This document shows, one piece after another, positions 24,332 to 36,552 of a stretch of 64,000 nt of DNA. The translations under genes and the position numbers were made by a program. The notes beneath the pieces were generated by a model, which saw only the letters and a list, made by a program, of their open reading frames with translations, was not told where the DNA came from and did not search any database. How positions within the stretch are numbered: position 1 is the stretch's first letter; every line of letters begins with the position of its first letter. Source of the stretch: Diplonema japonicum (Eukaryota > Protista > Euglenozoa: Diplonemea); assembly GCA_964019335.1 (NCBI GenBank), contig OZ025655.1, positions 496,001 to 560,000 of the forward strand, given 5' to 3'.

Positions 24332-26230
24332 AAAAAAAAAAAATTGGGGATAAAAGGAGTTTTTTTTTTTCTTTTCCTACTTTTAGAAAAAAGTTTGAGA
24401 TGATGGGTTAAGGGGAGGGAGAAGGGGGGGGGGGGGGGGGGGGGGAAGTGTAATTTTTTTTTCCCCCCTGGGTTGCAACTCTCCTTCCATCATCAGATGT
24501 TGCTTATCGAAATGAAAAAAAACTCGATCTATTTTTGCGGTGCGCTGGTTGGTGCCCACCGTGGACTGGGGATCCTACACGGGCCTGTCACCATTCTGCG
24601 GTTGCATCTGGTGCCGGCCGTCGGGGTTTGCCTGTCCGTCATGGACGGCATCTGCGCTAAGAACATCGGTCGCAGTCCCTCCAAATAGGGGGCTGTTTGG
24701 GTTGACGAGAACAAGGGTCTCTTGTCGTAGCCATGCATCGCTGGTGCGCCCAGGTTTCTCAGGGAGTGTACTCTGGTCATCCTTCTTGCCGGGAAGCCGC
24801 TTTTGTTGCCCTTTGCCGCACAAAAAAGGAAGGGGGAAGTCAGAAAAACTCTTTTTTTTTTGTGCGCGTAACTGTTTAATAAAACAAAAAAAAATATACC
24901 GAGTCTGAGGACCTCCCGCTTTTTCACATTAGTCCAGTTCGACATAAGTTCACTTTGCCTTTTTTTTTTCTGAAGCTTTCGTTCACCCTGGCACTGGGCA
25001 AAGTCGCACCAGAGGGGGGAAGTTGCTTTTTTTATTTATTCTTTTTTATGCAATATGGTTTTAAATGATTTAAATACACCAGTGCGCGTTTGTGCCAAGT
25101 AAGCTAACTTTTTTTTTTGTCGTTACTCGAGCTAAAAGCCAAAGCGACAGTAGCAACATTCACCATAATCTTCCTCTTAGAAAAGGAAGGGGAGAGGGGG
25201 AGAATAAAGAGAGCTTTTAGAAAAAAGTTAGCAAAGCAGAACAAAAAAAGGGCGAAAGAGAGGGGTGTGGGAGTGTAAATCAACAGGGGGGGGGGGGGGT
25301 ATAAAAATGGAAAATAAAGCATGGGGGTTTGGCTGTACACCCCTTTGCGTCCCCATTCCTTAGAAACAAGAAAAACTGAACCCGAAAAAGAAAAGAGAGA
25401 AAAAAAAAAACTCCCCTTATAGGGAAAGGAATAAAGAAGAAGAAAAGAAGTTTAAAAAAGGGGGCAGGGTGGCAATTATGCATTTTCTTTTTATTTTATT
25501 TTTTTCTATTTCTTCTTTTCTTTTCCTTTTAATTGTACAGAAAGCATAAAGATGGAACCCCCATTTTTCCTTTTGTCTGAAGTCGCCACCGACGGTTCTT
25601 GCCATCATACTATCTCAAAAAAAAGGGGGGGGGCTTGATCTTTAACACCAACGATCTTTAACAGCACCAAAGTGTACCTTAAAGTACAAGGGGTGGGGGT
25701 TTGAGGTCAGGCGACACTCATGACCCCATTGCTCTTTCTTTTATGCTATCTTCTTTTTTTTTTTTTTTTTTTTTTTTTGATCTTTTTTACTTCAGCGAAA
25801 GGCGATAGGAGTTTAATTATAAGAGACGAGAGAGGGAGAAGGAAGATAAAATAAGAAAAAAAGGAGAAGGAAAATAAAACAAAACTATTCTTTTAAGGTA
25901 TGCGAGAGCATCTTTTTCTTGCCGAATTCCGTGTTGCCCCTGTTTTGAGAGGTCTGTCTTGTGCCTGGGTGACAGTTGCTCTGGCTCAGGTTTTGCCTTA
26001 TTCTTGTCTCCCCGCCGAGCGCCTGTCACCCTGGCACAGAATTTCCTTTAAATAACTCGCTTAAGGGGGGGTGTCGTTACGCACCTAGACCCAGCCAAAG
26101 ATCTTGCTGCCCCATGAAATAAAAAAAAGGAGTGATACAAGAACTGGAAAGAGAGGGAGAGTTTTAAAAAAAAAAAAAGAGAAGTAAAAGAAAGAAAATA
26201 AATCCCCCCCGCACCCCCCACCTTTCTTTC

Positions 26231-28996
26231 TCATAGATTAGCAAACGTAGGTAAAGAACCAGACGAGGAATACATGGGAGCAAGAAGACGTTCTGGGTCC
26301 GTCATCTTCTTGAAGATCCTTCCCACCGACCGAGGAGAAGACAGGTTCAGGGAGTCCTGCTCGCATGCTTCTGTGAAAGTGTGCACGTCCACAAGCAAGA
26401 AACAGTCCAAAATCGTTCTCCCATGCATGTCTCGTAGGGGAACAGATCGGATACCTGTCCGCAAGGCTGGGACTGGAACAGATGCCTCTGCAACAAAGGA
26501 GTCTGACCTGCGGTTCATTACACGTAATGTAATGAAGGCAAGTTCGGCTGTCCCGACTTTGAACAGCATCTTGTCGTTCCAGGTTGGGTCGAAACCGTTT
26601 TCCTCAATGGAGGAGGTACGCATGACTGTCTTCGAAGTCTTGCTCTCAGGTACCCCACTAACGAAGCCTAGAACATAAGGGTCCATTCCCTTTTTCGACC
26701 TTGGAAAGTTCCCCCCGGACAAGACTGTGATTGACACGCCTAAAAATGATTTGCTTTTCTTGCAGGGGGTACCGGATCGGAACCAACACGGCTTCAGTAG
26801 ATACCCGCACCCGCCGTTGTCTTCGAACTTTGTCTGGTTCAACCTTGCGTAGTAGTCAGGTGTCTGGATGTTTAACGCAACAGATTGACACCCAACCGCC
26901 CAGAATAGCTGCGGGTCGAAATTGGACGAGTCGACTCTTGTGCTTTTGGGGTACACCCTGACAACGATGTCCCTCGTGCAGGTTGCTAATGTTGTTCCGA
27001 GCATTTTCTCAGCCTTGGCTTCTGATAGAGAAACGACTTGGTACGGTGTTGCCATTCTTGCTGCTTCTGCGAGGTTTTCCTTCCCTTCGCGGTTTGCTCT
27101 GAGATAAACGCAGTCCGCTAGGTCTCTTGCGATGGGGCGTTTGTTGCTTGGGTTGTTGTTGTTATTGTTGGTGTTGTTCGTGGTGGCGTTGCTGCTTTTC
27201 ACAGACGGTGGTTTCGCGTTGTCGTCGCTGTCGTGAGATGTGTCGGCTTCGAGAACACTTCCCTTCACCAGGATTTTGTACTTGAGCTGCTCCGGGGAGT
27301 ATTCCTTGTAGTCCACCTTGCGAAACAATTTCTTCCCAAACACCTTTTCCATCGTCTTCGCCATGATCATCTGCTGCGGCACCCCAGCATGCACCTCCAA
27401 CGATAGGATCACAGGGTACTTCGAAACTGCAAACGCAAACTCGTCAATCGTCTTTATAACATCGACAAATGAGATTCTTGTTGTTTTCGTGTGGCCGTGG
27501 GTTACAACGGGCAGCCCGTCCTTCCCATCCCATATGTCGATTTCAACACATCGTATTCCTCTTAGGAGAGCGTACTTGTACATCAGAGTTGACGAAGTTG
27601 AAGTTAGCTGATCGCCTGAAAGGTATGTGTTGTGCGACGAGGAAATGAAATAGTCCGTAAGGGGCTTTGACATGTCATGGAAGATCCTGCCTTTCTGGTA
27701 GTCCCACCAAGAGTTTGCTGGCGACGACATGAACTTGCAAAACCCTGAGAAATCAGAACCCCATGAGTTTATGATCTTCGCTGCTTGCTGCTCTGACATA
27801 GGTCGTCCCGCTTGATGGTTCTTACCGTAGTCTACTAAATCTTTGGCGGTCATTTCCGTGCCGTTTGTCACCTTTGCAAAGACTTCGCGCAGTGCGGGTC
27901 GCTCTTCCAGGATCTTGAAGAATTTTCGGAAGCCCTGGTAGTCCATTACGCCGTTCGAACTGTTTTCGTTGAATGCGATTGTTACGGTTTGTTGGATCGG
28001 TTTGTGCAGGGTTTTCAGAGTCTGTTTGACCTGTTCGTAGGTGACGTGTCCCACCGCCTGTTGATCGCACTGCCAGAACAGCTGTGTGACCCTCGCGGTG
28101 TGCATCTCCTCCGAACGGATCTCTGGTTCTGAACCGTCTGACGCATCTCGTTTCAACTGTTTCAGCAGTGTGACCATCATGGAAGCCCATTCTGGTGCGG
28201 CGTTGATAAGCAAGTCGAATCTTTGATGCGGCAACAGCGAGCAGCCTTCAAGTGAAATCGCGAATGACAGTTGTGTCACCAATGTCTGCATGGACTTTCT
28301 GTTCATGTCTGGGGTCAGAACAGAGTGGAACACGTTGCGTACACGTGCCATGATCACCCCGAGCTCAGGGGACATTGGAATCGAGACACGCGCCACTGTG
28401 GCTGCGATCATCAGGCTGTTCGCACGTTGGCTGCGCGACGGCGGGAATAGTAGTTGATTGCTAGGCGATTTCTCCTCGGGTTTCGGTTGACGTTTTGCCT
28501 TCTTCCCTAAGCAGCCGCAGCAAAGATTCTGAAGCGCTGTCTTGAAACACGACGAAAACGAAGGTGAAATCTGTCCCCACAGCTGAGTCGATGGTGCGTA
28601 CAGCGTTTGATTCAAGTTCCCAGATGCACTCCCAGAGTTCCGCATAAATGAAGGCGACAGTGGAACAGGCATACCGGAGTTCTGCGCTGCAACTAAATCT
28701 GAAAGCAAGCTGTGCCTGCTCGATGCGCTGGACTGATCATCAGCAAGGCTCTCCTCGTCCCCGTCCTCAGTAGACATTAAAGATAACGCGTCTCGCTCTG
28801 TCACAGCGCGCAGTGCTAACGATAAAAGGTCCGGCTTCTTCTTGACGAGACCGCCCTTCGGGATGACGTAGACCAGCTCTTCCAACGTCACGCATCTTGG
28901 GCTGTAGTTGTCTTTGTATGTGGTGGCCTTTCCCAGGAAAGGTTCCAAGAGCAGCACTTTTTTTTCCGTCGGATTGTTATTGTTGAGCTCATGCAT
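26231..28996 (-). CDS. PLC: Phosphoinositide-specific phospholipase C
   Basis: EF-hand region; X box YFISSSHNTYL, GIRCVEIDIWDG, HGHT, YPVILSLEVH; Y box RVYPK..RVDSSNFDP, ALNIQT; C2 domain. The 5' end may include a further small exon. Confidence 0.95.
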   Translation of the reverse strand: MHELNNNNPTEKKVLLLEPFLGKATTYKDNYSPRCVTLEELVYVIPKGGLVKKKPDLLSLALRAVTERDALSLMSTEDGDEESLADDQSSASSRHSLLSDLVAAQNSGMPVPLSPSFMRNSGSASGNLNQTLYAPSTQLWGQISPSFSSCFKTALQNLCCGCLGKKAKRQPKPEEKSPSNQLLFPPSRSQRANSLMIAATVARVSIPMSPELGVIMARVRNVFHSVLTPDMNRKSMQTLVTQLSFAISLEGCSLLPHQRFDLLINAAPEWASMMVTLLKQLKRDASDGSEPEIRSEEMHTARVTQLFWQCDQQAVGHVTYEQVKQTLKTLHKPIQQTVTIAFNENSSNGVMDYQGFRKFFKILEERPALREVFAKVTNGTEMTAKDLVDYGKNHQAGRPMSEQQAAKIINSWGSDFSGFCKFMSSPANSWWDYQKGRIFHDMSKPLTDYFISSSHNTYLSGDQLTSTSSTLMYKYALLRGIRCVEIDIWDGKDGLPVVTHGHTKTTRISFVDVIKTIDEFAFAVSKYPVILSLEVHAGVPQQMIMAKTMEKVFGKKLFRKVDYKEYSPEQLKYKILVKGSVLEADTSHDSDDNAKPPSVKSSNATTNNTNNNNNNPSNKRPIARDLADCVYLRANREGKENLAEAARMATPYQVVSLSEAKAEKMLGTTLATCTRDIVVRVYPKSTRVDSSNFDPQLFWAVGCQSVALNIQTPDYYARLNQTKFEDNGGCGYLLKPCWFRSGTPCKKSKSFLGVSITVLSGGNFPRSKKGMDPYVLGFVSGVPESKTSKTVMRTSSIEENGFDPTWNDKMLFKVGTAELAFITLRVMNRRSDSFVAEASVPVPALRTGIRSVPLRDMHGRTILDCFLLVDVHTFTEACEQDSLNLSSPRSVGRIFKKMTDPERLLAPMYSSSGSLPTFANL

Positions 28997-29210
28997 GACA
29001 AGCCTCCTCTCACTGAAGGGGTGCTGAGGGTTAGGGGGGGGAAAAAGAAGAAGAACAAAAAAGAAGGGGGGGTGAAAGGGAAGAAAACGAAAGGGGGAGG
29101 GGAAAGTACTTTAGAATAGTGAGTAAGAAAGAAACTTTTAAAGAATCCCCCACCGCCTTGCTGGCATCCGGAAAACTGGTGTTAAGGCTGCCATTAATGA
29201 CCATGGTGGT

Positions 29211-29241
<31 letters not shown>

Positions 29242-29745
29242 GGGGGGGGGGATAATTATTTCTTGGTTGTTGTTGTTGTTTTTTTTTTTTTTTTTTTTTT
29301 TTTAAAGTCATGATTGTGAGAGGAAAAAAGGGGAAACAAAGGAGGGGGACGGTGCTTCAATGCGTGGTTTGTGAATAATAAAACACGTCTTTCAGCCTTC
29401 CTCCCCTCTTGTTTTAGACCCCTCCTCACACACATCGTCCACCACCACCACCTCAACCGTCTGGAACCCTTACCCTGCAGACCCTTTGGATCGGGTCGTT
29501 GTTTCTTCCTTTTTATTTTTTGTGTTTATTGCAGAATAAAAAAAAATAATCAAAAATTGGGGAGGGGGGAAGGGGGAAAGACATGAGATTAGCATCCCAT
29601 GGAAGAAAACAAATAGTCACGAGGGGTAGGGAAAAAGCACAACAAAAAAAAAAAAAAAAAACCGTTGGTTGCCTCACCTACATCGCACTGGCGTATCTGT
29701 AAGTGAGGATTTTAAAAGGGGATGCCTGTATTTTTGTCTCTCTCT

Positions 29746-29789
<44 letters not shown>

Positions 29790-30235
29790 ATGATTGTCTG
29801 GTTAGAACAGACTCAAGTAAACGAGATTTACAGCTCCAGCCACCATATCGTGCATTTTCTTTGAGATACAGAGAGGGGGGGAGGGTTAATTATTTGTGCA
29901 CGGAATGAAAAGAAACAGGAGATTTAAGAAACAATAAAAAAAAGAGGGGGGGGATCAATATTTGCATGGTGCACGAAAGCAGCAGCTTTGGGCCGCCAAC
30001 CAGTTTTTTTTTTTTTAAATAAGAAGAAAAAAGTTTGCTTCTATTGCTTTTTTTTTTCTTTTTTCACAATTACTAAAACACGTTAAGAACTTACGGGGGG
30101 GGGGGGGAGAAATTTGAGAAGTTTCGCTTTTTTTTTTCTTTTTTTTTAATTCTAATGGTTTGATACAACGCATCGATACGGAACAAGAAGGGTAGATATT
30201 CCCAGGAATGGGGAGGAAATAAAATTAGAGAAAGG

Positions 30236-30270
<35 letters not shown>

Positions 30271-30572
30271 AATAGTTTAGTTGACCCATTTTCTTCGGAA
30301 AAGAAACTCTTTTTTTTAAAAAAAAAAAGAACAAAAAAGTTCGCCTCTAGATGGGGAAACAAAAAAGCGAAGAAGAAGTAGCGAGAGTAAAATGTGTCGG
30401 TGTCTTTTTCTTTTTTTTTTTTTTCTTTTTTAAAAATTTAAAAATTTTTTTTACTATTAGTATTACCTTTAAAAAAAAAAAAAAGTCACTGAACCACTAA
30501 CTGCAAGGTCTTTGGAAAAAAAAAAAAAAAATAGGAAAAGGGGAGCAGGAAAAATATAAAAAAAAATATATT

Positions 30573-32419
30573 TCACACATTGCTTCGCATTTTTATCTTA
30601 ACGGGTGAAGGAGGGTTCCTTTTTTTTTTTTTTTTTTTTTTCCAAACCCCCAAAAAACATACCAATCTTTTGGCTTCGTTAAGTTAAAAGCGCCCAATTT
30701 CACAGACCGGGTACAAGTGTAAGGAAGAACAACCCCGGTCATGCTTTTGAAAACAGCACAAAGCACCAGCATGAAACACTTCGCCGACTCCGGAGACAAT
30801 ATTTTCACAAGCAAATCGTACTGGCTCGGAACGGTAAACACAAACGTAGCATCTGCCTGCGTGACTGAAGATATTGACCCTATGGGTATGCACCGGGTGA
30901 GGGATGATTGGGTTGCCGTGTACAAACACCCAGGAGTCAGGAGCGCAAGACGTTTCTTAGAACCATTTTTCAGAATAGAGTCGAACCACAGGATTTCCGG
31001 GTAATCCTCATTAGAAATTGTAGGGTAGAAAAAAGTCAACCGCCCCAAGGCAGTCGGAGGGAGCAACGGCAGCCCTGAAACAGGATCCATTACAACCTTT
31101 GGAACACTCAATTCGTTCCCATTACCCTTTGCTTTGGAAGACGAGCTCAAACAGGATCCGTTCAGCAATGTTACTGTTATCGCGGTTATTTCTGAACTTT
31201 CCAGTGAAGCCTCGGTTTCAGGAGATTTCGGTTTTGTTCCTTGAACCATGTCTTCAATGACATTTGCTAAGCTCTGAACCCTCACCGCGGATGGGGGCTC
31301 CAATGGTTGGCAAACAACACTGGGGCCTGTTCCGTTGTGAACGATGTCGCACCATTTCCCATCAGCGACTGCTGTCTTGATCCGGTCTCTTCCATAAGAC
31401 CTCAAAGGCGATCCAGGGTCGCCTACCGGACAAATTTTCACTTCGGTAGGAGTAACATAAAGCAATCTTCGCTCAACACAACCCTGCGTTTTTATAAGCA
31501 CCGATCCACCCCAGAGAACTGGGATGTTTCTCAAATGCCTTGCTTTGTCAAACACCGGTTTTAAAAACACGGGGACGTTCCGCACAGCCTGCTGCATCGG
31601 CGGTGTTGTGATGTTACTGTTCAAACTGATATTCTTAACAACCGGTGAAGAAGTCGACACAGAATTATTATTTCCAACACTGCAAGCGTCATTTTCCTCA
31701 ACTCTTATAGGAAGATGCGGCCACGGGTTGTAACCTACAGGTTCTTCTAACCGGCCTGCCAACAATGACGATTTGTGGACTACGTCGAAAATCTTCGAGA
31801 TCAAGGGGAGAAGCTGCATAGATGTCTCTCTTAATAATAAATCGAAACCCGCAGGGGATCGCAAGAGAACCTCCTTTTTAAGCTCGGAAGCGGTGACTCC
31901 AGCAACTGCCTCGAAGGGTAGACTTCTCGACACTGTTCTATCAGTGTGTACAACATAAAAACCCCTCAACGTTACTATAAGCATCTGCTTCTGATATACT
32001 TCCGCGCAGTTTCGTGTTTTTCTATCAACCCACCCTGCCCAGATCAGTTCTGGGTCGCCGTGTTTGTACAACGGTGATACAAAGGGCTGGATGGTTACCG
32101 GGAGATTTGAAAATTGTAATTTCTCGATTTTTTCGAGCTCTTTTTCGTCCAGAGTGCTAATCTTGCACGCGGCTTTCAAGCTCTCCAAAGCTTTGACCGC
32201 TTCGCCTTGTTTCGGTTTCACTCTCGTCTCACCCTGCTTCTCAGTGATCACCACCCAGCCTGATTCCTCTTGCACTTTGCATATCATGTTGGTGTGCACT
32301 CGTTTTTCTATTCCCTCTACGCTTTTCTTGCATATCACGAATGCGCTGTCTGTCACCACTGCTGTGAGTTTTTGGTCCAGGTACTCCACACCTCCCATCC
32401 AGTATTGGTGGCTTGCCAT
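30573..32419 (-). CDS. Protein with about four tandem PH-like domains
   Basis: Repeated W.G.V.K....R.L.VT...Y......R.IP...I..V ... DLL units. Intron 30619-30662 gives the C-terminus DW|NPPSPVKIKMRSNV*. Confidence 0.7.
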
Positions 32420-32744
32420 TTTTTCTTTTTTTTTTTTTTTTTTCGGTTAAAAAAAAAATTTTTTTTTTATTATTTGCAGCCCATTTCTGTTTTATTTGGA
32501 AACGGTGCGGACTACTTGAGAACATCCTTTTTTTAAAAAATAAAAGAAAGATACAAACGTGGGGGGGGGGGGGGGGGGGGGGGGGGTACTACAGGGAGAA
32601 AGTGTTAGCAAACGATCCGCTAAAAAAAATAAAGGAGAGAAAAAAAGACAAAAAAAATAAGGAAAAGAAAGGTACTACTGGGATAAAGTGGCGTATGAAT
32701 TAAAAAAAAAAGAAAAAGAGTCTTTTTTTTTTTTCCTCTTTCAT

Positions 32745-32810
32745 CTACCACGGCTAAAAAAGAAAAAAAAGAAGAAGAAAAAAACTAAACACTTTCTTTT
32801 TTATTTACCC

Positions 32811-32845
<35 letters not shown>

Positions 32846-32944
32846 CTCTCCTTTCTTTTTTTTCACTCCCCTTTGACTACCTTTGGAATCACAGTACGAT
32901 GAGAAGAAGGGTCCGACCAGATCTCGGGGGAAATACCGATATGC

Positions 32945-32977
<33 letters not shown>

Positions 32978-33980
32978 CTCCTCCCCATACCTGAAGCAAC
33001 AGAGTCGTTTGCATTGCAAGGATTTCCTCAAGAGCAGTGTGACCACCATCCCAAAACATCCCAATCTTTCCATTACGGACAGCTTGTACATCAGAAGGAT
33101 TGAGCATTCCAGAAGGAAGATCATTCTCAGCAAGCGCAGATGCCACAGTGATCATCGCTTTCTTCGCGGTGAGAATAACACCGGTTTGAAGGGAACCCTC
33201 AACACTCTGCAGCACTTTTTGAAACTCGGAAAAATTGTCCTCTTTACCGAAGGAAGGCAGCGAAAGGATAACACCGTCGAAAGGGTACGCGACACCGCAT
33301 AGCTGGTCGGCCAAGGCCGCCGCCCACAAACTAGGAACTTCATCGAAGGGTCCTTTAAACGCTCCGCACCCGATCGCGCAGAGAACAGGCCATTTCACAT
33401 TTTTTTGCGACATCAAGTGGAGAGTATGTGCCCAGATTTCCCACATTTTTCTCAAGGCGGCGGGTTTGTCGATCGTTTTCCCTTTTGTGGTGAAGTGTTC
33501 CACATCAGAGGCAGAATACTTAAAGTTCAACCCAGGTATGGACACACAATAGAAAGGCTTGCCGTTGTTCTCTCTACTTCTATATGAGTTGTCGAAAATC
33601 GGAAGAACCATCCCGCTTACCGCTGTAGAATGCGCTTCGTGTTCCTCGTTTTTAGTCAGCGTGCCCTTCACGTAAGGCCCCCGGCGAACCATTTTAAACA
33701 CGGTCGTTATCGACGCGGTTCCTGCGAGGGTTTTGAGCTGTTTCCCAGTTATCTTGAACTGCTTCGAGATTTTGAATTCGTCCGAATTTGAAATGCTTTG
33801 AAGGGGTTTGTCCAGAGTGATGCTGCAAGTTGTGGAGCCGTCCTCATCTTTCTTTCTCCCCAACGAATGAAGAAAGGCTCTCATAGGCCCTCGCATACGA
33901 ACCCCCGCTTGGTCGAGGGAAACATTTTCTATGTCAGGAAGTGACGATATAATTTCGAGAACGGTTTCTTCGGTTTCTTC
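32745..33980 (-). CDS. Macrodomain/PARG-like protein with permuted motif order; N-terminus lost in the assembly gap
   Basis: Frame is open from the gap edge (EETEETVLEII...). PVLCAIGCGAF precedes GMLNPSD...GGHTALEE. Intron 32944-32990. The final micro-exon PW* (stop 32745) is tentative. Confidence 0.6.
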
Positions 33981-34180
33981 NNNNNNNNNNNNNNNNNNNN
34001 NNNNNNNNNNNNNNNNNNNNNNNNNNNNNNNNNNNNNNNNNNNNNNNNNNNNNNNNNNNNNNNNNNNNNNNNNNNNNNNNNNNNNNNNNNNNNNNNNNNN
34101 NNNNNNNNNNNNNNNNNNNNNNNNNNNNNNNNNNNNNNNNNNNNNNNNNNNNNNNNNNNNNNNNNNNNNNNNNNNNNNNN
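33981..34180. other. Assembly gap (200 N)
   Basis: Run of N; the flanking reading frames are both open into it. Confidence 1.
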
Positions 34181-35191
34181 CCTCTTGACATGGGCACCCG
34201 AGATTTCATCCAAAAGAAGTTCCATGAGGGAGATGTAGAGGAATGTCCCTGACCCGATCGCCTGGCAAACCGCCGCGAAGATCGAGACAAACCCAGCATC
34301 CAGCAACAGCGAAATAAAAACCCCAAGAGCTGCTCCGAACGGCGTCATAAGAGAAAAGAAACAAGAGAAGGTGACGTGCCTAGTCGAGGGCACCTGCGCG
34401 GTCACGAAAGAAATCCCTAACGAAACAGCAGCAAGGAATTTATGAGAAAGAATAGCAACAGCCATCATAAACACCTCTGACGATTTTGTTGCGGAACCCA
34501 GAGCAAGGCCTTCAACTACAGAATGGAACGACATTATAAGTAAAAGTGTGAAAGGGACCCATTCATTCGTTTTATTCTCCTTGAACGACATGTCAAGACC
34601 ATCAAGACCTTCGTTTGTCATGTGCTTCACAAACTTCAAACCCCCTTCAAGGCCTTCTCGAAACGCTTTTGACGTGTACTTAACATGGTGGTGGTGAGTT
34701 TCTCGCAAAGTACAGCTTGCCTGCAATGAGGGAGCAGATTCCCATGCGTGGCCCCCGTTTTCCTCGGGGTGGAATAATGTGCTCGTCAAGGGTGTTCCTG
34801 GATTTGACAAACATTTCATGCTTGCACCCAAACACATATCATTGTCATCATGATCGTCAATTTCCTCTTTGTTGCAGTTGTGCATCGCGTTGATCTCGCT
34901 TAAGATTGCTTCGTGCGGGCTGCTCACTTTTTCAACATACATAACCAAAAAAAATCCCACGCAGCACAAAAAATTTGCGAGTGGGAATTCGGTGACCTTT
35001 GCGAGGTCAGAGGTAGCGTCGGGAAGCAGGTGGCAGAATGCGACACTGAGGATGACCCCTCCGCTGAAACATGTCGCGTAGCTCATCAACTCCTTCTTCG
35101 CGGCGATCCGCAGAGGGAGGAGGCACCCACCAAACCCGATAAATAATATCAGTGTTATGACAAAACCTTTAAAATGGTCCATCCATTCCAT
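34181..35191 (-). CDS. ZIP family zinc/iron permease, C-terminus truncated by the gap
   Basis: FSGGVILSVAFCHLLPDA, His-rich loop, SFHSVVEGLALG, AILSHK, FSLMTPFG, GTFLYISLMELL. Confidence 0.93.
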
Positions 35192-35578
35192 TTTTTTTTT
35201 TTTTTTTTTTTTTTTCCCACTGTTCTTGTGACCTTTCAGAAAAAAAAAAGAAAATGTAGTGGCATACTACAGTGGAAGGCCACCCAACAATGCTGAAAGC
35301 GAGTACTGAGGCTTGGCAGATGGAAGGGGATTATTTAAGAAAAAAAAAAACGAGGAAAAAAGAAATTGGATAGGGGGGATAAGTTAAAAAAAAAAAACAA
35401 GAAAAAAAAAAGGAGAAAAAAAAAAACACTGCAGGTTTTTTTTCTTCTTTTTTTTTTCCTCAAAGAAAAAAAATCCTCTAAAAGGGGTGGGGGGGGAAAA
35501 GCGGTTTTTCTCTCTTTTTTTTCCCACTTCTCTTTTCCTTTTTTTTTCACTGGTCTTTTTAGCTCTAATTATGTTAAG

Positions 35579-35609
<31 letters not shown>

Positions 35610-35891
35610 AAGCCAATAAAGGAACGAAAAGAAAACATTATAAATAAAAAGGACACAACCTTTTATTTTTGCATTTCAACCAAACTCCCTTCTCAGATCT
35701 AAGTCATACCCCCCTCCCCCCTTTTTTTTAAATAAAAAAGCATTAAGCGTTCACTTTCCGAGCCGGCCCTCTTTGTTTCTTCCACCCCCATGCCCCCGAT
35801 GTGTAACACACTAAAATTATGAACCCAAAAAAAAAAAAGAATATTTAGAAAACAAAAACAAAAAAAATACCCCCCCTCTTTCTGTTCCTCT

Positions 35892-36519
35892 CTAGTCCAG
35901 TCTAGTTTTAATTTGACGAGTGATGCACTCCCCGGTGTTCTTCAGAATCTGTTTTTTTTTTTTTTTTTTTTTTTAATTTCACTCTTCGTCATTTTCTTCA
36001 CTCACTAGGGGCCTCATTATTTAACGCGAAACGGCCATTATTTAACGCGAAATCGCCATTATTTAACTAGTTAAATAATGAGATTTTGCAGTTAAATAAT
36101 GGCCCTTCAGAGTGGAAAAATGAGTCTCGCCGTGGAAAAAAATGCACCCAACCCCTTGAAAAATCTTTTGGGGGTGGGTGTATTTTGACTATTTTTGGCC
36201 ATCTGAGGCCATTCCAGCCCTTAAAAGTGGGAATAAGTGCCTTACTTCCCCTTTAAATGCCACGGCGAAATAGCAACCCCATATTACCTTAGGAAACTCC
36301 CCAAAAAGGCTGACCTGCGTGAAAAAAAACAGCAGTGAAAGCAGTGAAGAGTGAGTGACTCAAATGACGAAGAGTGAAATAAAACGACTTACTTGCCGCC
36401 AAATGAGCCATTATTTAACTCTCGTTACCCGTTTTTTTGCACTCGGGCCCTGCGGGCCCTCGTGCAAAAAATTCGGGAACTCGAGTTAAATAATGACTCA
36501 TAATTTGTTGGCAATAAAT

Positions 36520-36552
<33 letters not shown>

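Noticed and set aside
25647-25684. ACCAACGATCTTTAACAGCACCAAAGTGTACCTTAAAG resembles the diplonemid spliced leader as I recall it
   Set aside because: Only partial identity with gaps, on the non-coding strand, with no GTATG donor or SL RNA structure following; cannot be distinguished from chance without a search.
29020-29040. GGGTTAGGG as telomeric repeat or telomerase template
   Set aside because: Single unit, lying in the acceptor region (CCTAACCCTCAG) upstream of PLC.
33929-35191. 420 aa ORF running through the N block, suggesting a ZIP-macrodomain fusion
   Set aside because: Artefact of translating a 200-N gap of unknown true length; the sequence beyond the gap is in the frame of the next gene.
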